From Macrostomum hystrix (lineage: Eukaryota; Animalia; Platyhelminthes): DNA of 64,000 bases. Every line of letters begins with the position of its first letter. Position 1 is the first letter of the stretch. The position numbers and the translations under genes are program-made. The stretch lies in contig CATNEN010000038.1 in NCBI GenBank assembly GCA_950097015.1, forward strand, positions 27,776,001 through 27,840,000. The letters run 5' to 3'. Shown here one piece after another: positions 10,201-19,724 of this stretch. The notes beneath the pieces were generated by a model. It was given only the letters and a program-made list of their open reading frames with translations. It searched no databases and was not told where the DNA came from.

Positions 10201-12021
10201 CCTTGCTCGCGGAATCGAGCTCAGGGACCGTGGTGCGAGAGGCAAACGCGTTAACCGCTCTGCCACTCACCCCCTCATATACTACCTATAAAAACATCAA
10301 GCATCAAAACATTTTGCATTGAATTCTGTCACCAAATAAATTTGGCTCCAAGAGTATACAGGTACCAAAACTTCCTGACTTAACGTGCATGTAGACAAAA
10401 AAATTACTTCATCGTACCCCTTGTCGGCCCCACATAGGCGATCTGAAAGATGCCATGGCACAACAAGCACTTTGTAGGGAGCCTGCACACTTTTTGTTGA
10501 TAGCGATAAGCTGTAAAAGGAGCTTGAAAGAGGCAGCAGTAACGCGAATCGCCAGATCTGGTTCAGCTTGCAGCGGCCAGAATCCATGGCGAACCAGTGA
10601 TGCGCGGATGTTGCTGCAATTACATACTTCTAAAGAAGCATCGAATTCGTCGCCTGAAATTGTGTTATGAAATTTGATTGGATTTCAGCGTAATGTATAT
10701 GTATATGATGTATGAGGTGGAGCGAGTGTATGTTGTGTATATGTTGTATCTCAATATCAGCACGATCTAGGATTAGAAACTAAGGGTGAGCTGCCGACAG
10801 CACAGCCACAGCCATTGCGTAGCGCATTTGAAGATTCACAAAATTAATCCCAGACAATGCTAGCACTCATTTAACAGCTGGGTGAACTGAAGCAATGCAG
10901 AGTTAAGTGTTGTGCTAATAGACAAAAAGTTTACAGTAAAATCAGGAATCGAACCTCGACCTTCAAGCCCTGAGTCGGACATTATAAACTACAAACCCAC
11001 ATGTCGGTAAGAAAGCAAGAAGGTTTTCCGCTTTAAAAGGTTTTAAAAAAGTAATTTGGCCCTGTACAAATAGTGATAAAAATCGTATAGGCATTTACTT
11101 ACCATTGTCATCAAAAATAAACACTTGCTTGACAAACGATGATCCCAAGCACGAGCATCGACGTTTCAGCACAGCGGGAGCTGTCAGTGGAACGTAAACA
11201 AGACCCTGTTGGAAGTAGTAAATTAAAAAATACAAACAATTCTGAATTCTGAGAATAAAAATGCAAATGATACAGTGAAAACACTGTAAAAAATACAATA
11301 GTATAGTGTATTGATAAACTAATCTTAAATGTCATAAAAATCATTCAAAGTGCACCGAAAGCCAAAACTGTAAAGGCTCGTTCACACTGCCATGAAATGA
11401 AGTGACTCGTTTTGGTGTACACCTACTTTGTGGTAAAATGAATGGGAATTAAGAAAGTAAATTACTGTGTTCTAGCCTACGTTTGATGGCAGTATGAGCC
11501 AACTTTAAAGCTTACATTCCACTGTTCCGCCACGTGCGGAGGATGATGTTTGTGTTGTTCGTCAAGGCAATTACGGCAGACTTGCAGTAAGTGGCATGCA
11601 CTGCACCGAAACGGCGCCTCATGTGTTTTACACTTTACGCAGTTGCCTAATGGGCTAAAAAAATCGCAGATTGCTGACTCTGCATCGCGCTGGCTATCTG
11701 ACCATGCCTTGGTAGCACGATTGATACGATCCTGATATTGTGTGTTGCCACACAGGGGTGGTGAAGCAGAACTGAATGAAAGGTGTTCTTCGGCACTGGG
11801 GGCAGATTCTTGATCATGTGGTCGTTGCGGCGGTCTGTGAAGGTTTTTTATACGCTAAAAACTTACAATTCTGTACATTTACGCGCAACGTACACTTTCC
11901 GTAATCACAGAACTTACAAAGAGCTAGTACCATCAACCGTTATCTTTCGCCTGCTAGCTCGCTGACCAGGTGTGTAGTGTCTTACTTTAAAGTGCAACTC
12001 AGTAACTTTTGCACGCAGCAT
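7280..12021 (-). CDS. KDZ (Kyakuja-Dileera-Zisupton) transposase with N-terminal CxC cysteine clusters; 10 exons, 781 aa, apparently intact
   Basis: Exons 12021-11918, 11834-11516, 11205-11103, 10653-10418, 9873-9766, 9562-9249, 9039-8690, 8489-8394, 8261-7575, 7308-7280 (2346 nt, all GT-AG, phases consistent). Motifs: CVKC..FRCSAC..CRNC..H..PPH..W; VCNC..LVRHGFWP; CPAC; LDGCFG; GLFAASCRH..GER; YDIACK; PAMHAYGH..CQ; GLTDGEGCERLWS. Confidence 0.92.
9960..10106 (+). mobile_element. LINE 3'-end fragment with terminal stem-loop, in a KDZ intron
   Basis: Reverse complement of 25031-25128. Ends in hairpin TGTACATCTGCCCTGAC-tttttcatc-GTCAGGCGGTGTACA. Confidence 0.65.
10120..10274 (-). mobile_element. 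tRNA-derived SINE (family A), in a KDZ intron
   Basis: Minus strand GGGGTGAGTGGCAGAGCGGTTAACGCG (A box) ... GAGCTCGATTCC (B-box-like). Related copies at 19150-19283 and 20280-20385. Confidence 0.7.
10850..11000 (-). mobile_element. tRNA-derived CORE-like SINE (family B), decayed
   Basis: Minus strand GGTTCGATTCC B box followed by ACACTTAACTCTGCATTGCTTCAGTTCACCCAGCTGTTAAATGAGT, which resembles the CORE-type SINE central domain. Confidence 0.6.
11371..11508. mobile_element. Degenerate PIF/Harbinger-like MITE in a KDZ intron
   Basis: Imperfect inverted ends TAAAGGCTCGTTCACACTGCCAT / ATGGCAGTATGAGCCAACTTTA. Confidence 0.45.
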
Positions 12022-12102
12022 ATTGCTAAAAAAATAATGCCTTATGAGTAAACACTAAACAGCGAAAAATGTCGATTTATAAAAGGAAGAGCAAGCTTAG
12101 CA

Positions 12103-14945
12103 AGAGGAGGATAGAGGAGGATAGAGCAGGGTGGAGGAGGCTAAAAGAGGCTAGAGGAGGTTGAGGATGGTGGAGGGTAGAGGATAGTGGGGAGGGTAGA
12201 GGAGGGTAGCGGAGGGTAGAGGATGGTTGAAGAGGGTGGAGGGTAGAGGATAGTGGGGAGGGTAGAGGATGGTGGGGAGGATCGACGAGGTTAGAGCAGG
12301 GTAGAGGAGGGTAGAGGAGGGTAGAGCAGGGTAGAGCAGGGTAGGGGAGGGTAGGGGAGGTTAGAGCAGGGTAGAGGATGGTAGGGGAGGTTAGAGCAGG
12401 GTAGAGGATGGTAGGGGAGGTTAGAGCAGGGTAGAGGAGGGTAGAGGATGGTTGATGGTAGTGGAGGGAAGAGGATGGAAGGGGGTAGAGGAGATTAGTG
12501 GATGGCTAGGGAGGGTGGTGGAGGGTAGAGGATGGCGGGGAAGATAGAGGAGGGTAGCGGAGGGTAGAGGATAGTGGGGAGGATCGACGAGGTTAGAGCA
12601 GGGTAGAGAATGGTTGAGGAGGGAAGGGGGTAGAGGAGAGTAAAGACTGGTGAAGGAGGGTAGAGGATGTTGGGGAGGATAGAGAAGGGGAGTGGAGGGT
12701 AGAGGATGGCGGGTAGGAAAGAGAAGGGGAGTGGAGGGTAGAGGATGGCGGGTAGGAAAGAGAAGGGGAGTGGAGGGTAGAGGATGGCGGGGAAGATAGA
12801 GGAGGGTAGAGGAGGGTAGAGAAGGGAAGGGGGTAGAGGAGAGTAGAGGAGGGTAGAGCAGGATAGAGCAGGGTAGAGGAGGGTAGAGGAGGGTAGAGGA
12901 GGGTCGATGGTCGATGGTAGTGGAGAGAAGAGGAGGGAAGGGGGTAGAGGAGAGTAGAGGAGGGTAGAGGAGGGTAGAGAAGGGTAGAGGAGGGTAGAGG
13001 AGGAAAGAGCAGGGAAAGATATAGTAGAGTAGAGTTGAGTAGAGGAGAGTAGAGGAGGGTAGAGGAGGAAAGAGCAGGGAAAGATAGAGTAGAGTAGAGT
13101 TGAGTAGAGGAGAGTAGAGGAGGGTAGAGCAGGGTAGAGGAGGGTAGAGGAGGGTAGAGGATGGTAGTGGAGGGAAGAGGAGGGAAGGGGGTAGAGGAGA
13201 GTAGAGGAGGGTAGAGCAGGGTAGAGCAGGGTAGAGGAGGGTAGAGGAGGTTGAGGTTAGAGGAGGGTAGAGGAGGTTGAGGTTAGAGGAGGGTAGAGGA
13301 GGGTAGAGAAGGGTAGAGGATGGTAGTGGAGAGTACAGGAGGGTAGAGCAGGGTAGAGGAGGGTAGAGGAGGGTAGAGGATGGTCGATGGTCGATGGTAG
13401 TGGAGGGAAGGGGATAGAGGAGAGTAGAGGAGGGTAGAGCAGGGTAGAGGAGGTTAGAGGAGGTTAGAGGAGGTTAGAGGAGGGTAGAGGAGGGTAGAGC
13501 AGGGTAGAGGAGGTTAGAGGAGGTTAGAGCAGGGTAGAGGAGGGTAGAGCAGGGTAGAGGAGGTTAGAGGAGGTTAGAGGAGGGTAGAGAAGGGTAGAGG
13601 AGGGTAGAGGAGGTTAGAGGAGGGTAGAGCAGGGTAGAGCAGGGTAGAGGAGGGTAGAGGAGGTTAGAGGAGGTTAGAGGAGGGTAGAGGAGGGTAGAGC
13701 AGGGTAGAGCAGGGTAGAGGAGGGTAGAGGAGGTTAGAGGAGGTTAGAGGAGGGTAGAGGAGGGTAGAGCAGGGTAGAGGAGGGTAGAGGAGGTTGAGGT
13801 TAGAGGAGGGTAGAGGAGGTTGAGGTTAGAGGAGGGTAGAGGAGGGTAGAGAAGGGTAGAGGATGGTAGTGGAGAGTAGAGGAGGGTAGAGCAGGGTAGA
13901 GGAGGGTACAGAGGAGGGTAGAGGATGGTCGATGGTCGATGGTAGTGGAGGGAAGGGGATAGAGGAGAGTAGAGGAGGGTAGAGCAGGGTAGAGGAGGTT
14001 AGAGGAGGTTAGAGGAGGTTAGAGGAGGGTAGAGCAGGGTAGAGGAGGTTAGAGGAGGTTAGAGGAGGGTAGAGGAGGGTAGAGCAGGGTAGAGGAGGTT
14101 AGAGGAGGTTAGAGGAGGGTAGAGAAGGGTAGAGGAGGGTAGAGGAGGTTAGAGGAGGGTAGAGCAGGGTAGAGCAGGGTAGAGGAGGGTAGAGGAGGTT
14201 AGAGGAGGTTAGAGGAGGGTAGAGGAGGGTAGAGCAGGGTAGAGCAGGGTAGAGGAGGGTAGAGGAGGTTAGAGGAGGTTAGAGGAGGGTAGAGGAGGGT
14301 AGAGCAGGGTAGAGGAGGTTAGAGGAGGTTAGAGGAGGTTAGAGGAGGGTAGAGCAGGGTAGAGGAGGTTAGAGGAGGTTAGAGGAGGGTAGAGGAGGGT
14401 AGAGCAGGGTAGAGGAGGTTAGAGGAGGTTAGAGGAGGGTAGAGAAGGGTAGAGGAGGGTAGAGGAGGTTAGAGGAGGGTAGAGCAGGGTAGAGCAGGGT
14501 AGAGGAGGGTAGAGGAGGTTAGAGGAGGTTAGAGGAGGGTAGAGGAGGGTAGAGCAGGGTAGAGCAGGGTAGAGGAGGGTAGAGGAGGTTAGAGGAGGTT
14601 AGAGGAGGGTAGAGGAGGGTAGAGCAGGGTAGAGCAGGGTAAAGGAGGGTAGAGGAGGTTAGAGGAGGTTATAGGAGGGTAGAAGAGGGTAGAGAAGGGT
14701 AGAGGATGGTAGTGGAGAGAAGAGGTTAGAGCAGAGTAGAGGAGGGTAGAGGATAGTAGTAAAGGGAAGAGGAGTAGAGGGAAGAGGGAAGGGTGTAGAG
14801 GAGAGTAGAGGATGGTGAAGGAGGGTAAAGGATGGTGGGGAGGATAGTGAAGGGTAGTGGAGGGTAGAGGATGGCAGGGAAGATAGAGGAGAGTAGTGGA
14901 GGGTAGAGGATGGTTGAGGAGGGCGGAGGCTAGAGGAGAGTAGGA
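12103..14945 (+). repeat. 2.8-kb polypurine array, 10-bp core AGAGGAGGGT / AGAGCAGGGT / AGAGGAGGTT
   Basis: Directly visible. Homogeneous centre, degenerate flanks. Starts ~80 bp upstream of the KDZ ATG. Confidence 0.95.
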
Positions 14946-15824
14946 AAGCCTTTAGGATAGTAACTAGCTAGCTGGCAATAATGTTTCTTTTTATTTTGCT
15001 AGTAGACATAATAGATTTACAAGACATAATAGATCAGGAGCTAGATCAATATAATTATATACATTTTGTCAGTCAATAAAAAGAACATTTATATAGGTAG
15101 GGACCTAGCTATTTTTAGGTATTTAGGTATATCAAAACATTTTTCATATCAATAGCTACCAAGAGAATTTCATTTAGACTAGTCAGTTTATTTAAATACT
15201 GGTGTACTTGCATTGAATCTAGTTATATTTGTCAGGCCATTGATTATCAATTGTGAAAGTGGTTTTGAAGTAGGCTATAATGCTGTATAGCAGTTATATA
15301 TATATATATATATAGGCCTATATATATATACACTAAACATATTTTAGCTAGGCTACACAGTACACAGAAGCACATAAGCAAGCTATACCTAAAGCTATAG
15401 TCGATATATGATATATAATTTTTTGCTATTGTCTAATATCCTTTTGAATAGTCATATTCAACTAGCTCAGCCTAGCTACTATTAGTGCTAGTACTAAAAA
15501 TAGAATTAGCAACAGCCAATTCCAATTATACGATAGCCTAATTGTATAATTACTGGCTTAAGCTTTCACTAGCCTAAACATTATGTTAGATTAGTTGTCC
15601 TGTTGCGAAACTTATTTAACATAAGCAGCATGCTTTATATTTATATTTCAGCACGTATTTATATATAGCAGCACGTTCGACGTTTGCCCCACATAAAAGC
15701 GTTGTATTGGCTTTGAAAGCTATAAGCTGCGCGTATCAATACGCCGCTGCGCGCAGAGTACCGCTTTGTAGGCTCGTGTTGTAACGCAGATTTGGCTTTA
15801 CGGAGTGTAACACGGGTGCACTTG

Positions 15825-15970
15825 TAATAGAAGTAACGGACTCACAAAAAGTCCATTCCGTTACCAAGTCCGTTACCTAACAAAAAAAGTAACTTCCGGT
15901 AGTAACGCTTCTAAAAACGTAACTTCCGGTAGTAACGGAGGAACGGAGGAACGGAAGTTGCCCAACACTG
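15825..15970. mobile_element. DNA-transposon-like right terminus with subterminal repeats
   Basis: Clustered GTAACGGA / TCCGTTAC / GTAACTTCCGGTAGTAACG motifs in both orientations, ending GTTGCCCAACACTG (reverse complement CAGTGTTGGGCAAC). No partner end found in the window. Confidence 0.55.
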
Positions 15971-17357
15971 CATATAGTACAGAACAATAAGAAAGAAACC
16001 ACGACCACGTGGCCATGCATGGTTCTGAATTTGAAAACAATATGATTTCTATGAAATCGTCCTGAAATTAAGCTCGTAAATAAAACGGATGATCTCGGAC
16101 TGTGGTTCGACAACGCTAAACCTTTGTTGTCCTTTTTATCGTCAACAATGATATAAAATAACGATGTGCCAAAGATGAGCACAAGTCTAGTTATCTTCTT
16201 ATAATATAAGTTTTAATTACTAATCATTTGTCGTGGTTCGTTACGATCATTTACCTACACAGCAGATTTTTTTCAACATTACTTTCGCAGTGCATTAGCG
16301 TGTCGAAAGGCGCTGTTTTTACATTATTATATAATAGCTCACATGCTCTGACTTACAACTGCAGCATGATGTGCACTGCGAGTGAATTGCGAATCTATTG
16401 CGAGAGCTGCAATTAACGAGCCCGATTAATTCGTAATTAGTAATTCGCTGTGTACGACCGTTTTTCCCTCGATCTGATGTGCACATTGGCTCATAATTTG
16501 CTTAGTAAACATTTGTTGTTGCATGCCGAGCTTTATTATTTGCATGTAAATTAAAAAACGAGGTGACATCGTCACAGATCATACTAGTTTCGACACGGGT
16601 CCCGCCGATTCAAGTATTTTCATAAGTAATTTAGTAATTAAAAGAAAATTTATAATTAATGAACTGTACGTTGCGCAACGATTATGTAATATTTCCCACC
16701 CTATTTCTCCCCAAGCTTGCTGTACAACGTGGGGCCAATCAGAGCGCGGCCGGGCTTGTTTATACACTGTACTGCAGGGTCAAGGCTGGCCGTCAGCGGA
16801 GACTTTTTCCATCACGGTTCACGCAAATGATGTTTGAATTGTCCCCCTATACATATGTATAATCTCTTCTTCTTTCGTTCCACGTTCGGCGCATTCCGAC
16901 ATATTCGGACGCGGTTGCCCGCAGTCCCCCTGCTACTTTCCCCCATAAACAATCTTACTTTCTTGTGATATATTTGAACATGCTAACTTATTTTTATCAT
17001 GCATGTTCTTTTATAATACGAGAACTTCGTAAGCAGTTTATTCCAATTGCCAATCAGCAAAGTTAGTCGTTGTTTTGCCATATATAACTTCCGATAATAG
17101 TAATAATCATTAAATATTCCGGAACGTTCGATGTGCATTTTGTTGTCTACAGTTTCGAGCGATCGTAAAGATTTTTCTTTATAAATATTTGATGAATGTT
17201 TCTTTATCTGAAACATGATACGTACTGTGTAGTGTGTATATACACTACAGCTTTTTTATTAACGCATGCTAGCTAGTAACTATACGAGTAATGTATATGT
17301 GTCTACTCGAATGCTTTGAGTCGCTACTCTCTCTACGCCATTCAGCCACTGTAAACA

Positions 17358-17428
17358 CAAGGACAACTGAAGTTACGTTATATATCTACGTTATTAATAC
17401 GCTATAATATAGGTTCAGGTTGTCCTTG
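17358..17428. mobile_element. 71-bp MITE with perfect 8-bp TSD
   Basis: TIR CAAGGACAAC(-)TGAA / TTCAGGTTGTCCTTG, flanked by TGTAAACA at 17350-17357 and 17429-17436. Confidence 0.8.
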
Positions 17429-19149
17429 TGTAAACATATCGCTATTCTCATGGTTTTACGGTATTAGAAAATATACAAAAATTACCTTTCCCAATAAGGT
17501 GCGAATTTCAGAAAGGACCAGCAGGAATTGTTCATATTATTATCGTAATATCTGTTTATAATTAAGAGGTCTATAAGTTGTGCGTAATTTTTTGAGCAGA
17601 TATAATCGCCGCGTATATTACAAACTGATTCTCTACAATATTGTTTCTAAATTATTTTATCTTTAATCTATATTATATGCGTCAATTGTAACATAGATTT
17701 TTAACGTCTAGATCGTTTATTTATAATTAACTATATTAATTATACTTGGCGATGCATCCATGCAGTAGTGTGTTTATAGTCAGCTGAAGGTACAAATCGT
17801 TATATACCCACAACAAAATTTAGTTTAAGCGGGGAAATCTGATTCCTCAAAACAAAAGGAAGGAACAAAAGGAACAAAGGAACAAAATATTATTAATATG
17901 AATATAATAATATTAATATTAATAATATTATTATTATGTAGATAGTACGTATTTTAAGGGCGGCAATTTATTTGATAAATATTGTTTAAATTGTGCATGC
18001 AGCAGCCACTAGTGACGTCGTTTTCCACTCGAAGAGAAGACCTTTTTAACTCGATGAAACTTTTTTGAGAATTGAGCTCTTTTTCCGGAAACGCCTCAAC
18101 CTATCAATCACTGATTTTCCATAGTTATCCTGCCGGCTAAGATAAAGTGACCAAATCTTATATGTGTGAATTTTTAGTGCTGACCATTTCCTGGAATTTT
18201 AACTATAGGTTTTATAGACGAGAATAGAAACCGACTGAATTGCTGAAAATAGGGAATTTAGTTTTTTTCAAAAGTCCTTGCAATGTTGCTTAATGTATTG
18301 AATGATATATACTATTTACTGTTTTGATTTCGCAAACCAATTGACTGCGAGGCAAGAAGGATATTGATTTTTGAGATTTAAAATAAAAGTACATTTGCGA
18401 GATCAATGATAACTTTTTACAACGTGACTAGTTTTTATTTTATGAATTTTTTGGAGGCCTTTGGCAGTACACTTTTTAACTAACTCATTTATTCATTTTC
18501 CGCGGTGATTTGAAAGAAATCACGGCCTTTTTCTGTATTCGGTTTCGTGTGTTTAGCTTGTTTTCGTTACAGAAATTCCGGAACATTCTAACGTTTGCTA
18601 TAAGAGTTTATGACTCTCACACTTTAGTACATGATTTCGCATATATAATGTAACATTATTAATCTTTTGTTTCTTTACAGCAGTGACTTTCATGATGCAA
18701 TCGTTGAAATAGAATTGTAGGCCAGCTCATGATATTAGGCCAGCTCTTTGGTTAATTGGTGTCATGTAACTCTTATATACTATACATAGTAAATAATTAA
18801 TTCTGTGTGCATTCCTTTTGCAACAAAACTTTGTGGCCCATGATTTGTACTATTTTACAGCTTTTAGGCTTAGATGTTACTGCCAGCGTTATATAGTCTA
18901 GCTGACTAACCGAACCTCGGTCATAAATTTCAGGTCCACAACATAAAAAAGTCATATGGACACGTTGTGGTTCTTGTAGTTTCACTACGGACTGTGTCTT
19001 TTCATTGGAAAATAAACGAAATAGATAAATAAAAACGATTTATTTTTTTGCGCAGAGAATAATCAAGCAATAATGTACAGTACCAAGAAAAAACTATAAC
19101 AACTAAGAGCAGACATACATTTTTTTCATTGAAAAGTCAAAGCTCTCAA

Positions 19150-19283
19150 AAGGAGGTGACTTGCACGACAATTGACTCCAAATCCTTCTCTCCGCGGCTG
19201 CGCCTCAAATGAATGTGGCCTCGCCGCTGATGGAGCTGATCAGGGACCTTGGTGTTGAGACACTTGCGTCATGACCACCCACT
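19150..19283 (-). mobile_element. tRNA-derived SINE (family A), diverged
   Basis: TTGCACGACAA..CCTTCTCTCCGCGGCTGCGCCTCAAATGAATGTGGCC..CAGGGACCTTGGTG matches 10146-10240. Confidence 0.65.
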
Positions 19284-19724
19284 AAACACACATATATGAT
19301 GTGTGTAAGGGATTAAAATTGGTTCTTCTATTTTGGGATTTTTAGTTCCCTATTACGAGCTCCGTGCGATTGTACATGGCATGCGTTGGAGATAGAAATA
19401 CGAGTACTGTATCGAGTGAGAGATGTGCCAGCTGTTCACAACACAGAGGATACAATTTCATTTTCGTATATTAGCAATTTCAGTACTTCCACTTCGTTAG
19501 ACACAAAAATAAGATTTGAATTTAAAATTGATGATGGAAATTTCGTTTTAAATTTGACGTGCTACACTGTATAAAAAAGCAAGTGAGTTATTCACGCGGT
19601 ATCAATTAATTTATGCTCGATAGCGTGCAATAAAATTACAGGTGCAAAAGTACAAAGGAATCTAACAGAATCAGTTATGATATGCATCGATCGTCGGATT
19701 GTTTTTATTAAAAGAAAGCTTCGA

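Noticed and set aside
10190-11000. tRNA genes (also the B box at ~30390)
   Set aside because: A and B boxes only, no cloverleaf, followed by SINE body sequence.
12103-14945. Telomeric repeat
   Set aside because: The unit is a 10-bp AGAGGAGGGT type, not TTAGGG or TTAGG, and it is interstitial.
16575-17280. Helitron ends (ACTAG next to CACGGGTCCCG; palindrome TGTAGTGT..ACACTACA near 17228-17249)
   Set aside because: Hairpins are weak or misplaced, and there is no second copy or Rep/helicase sequence.
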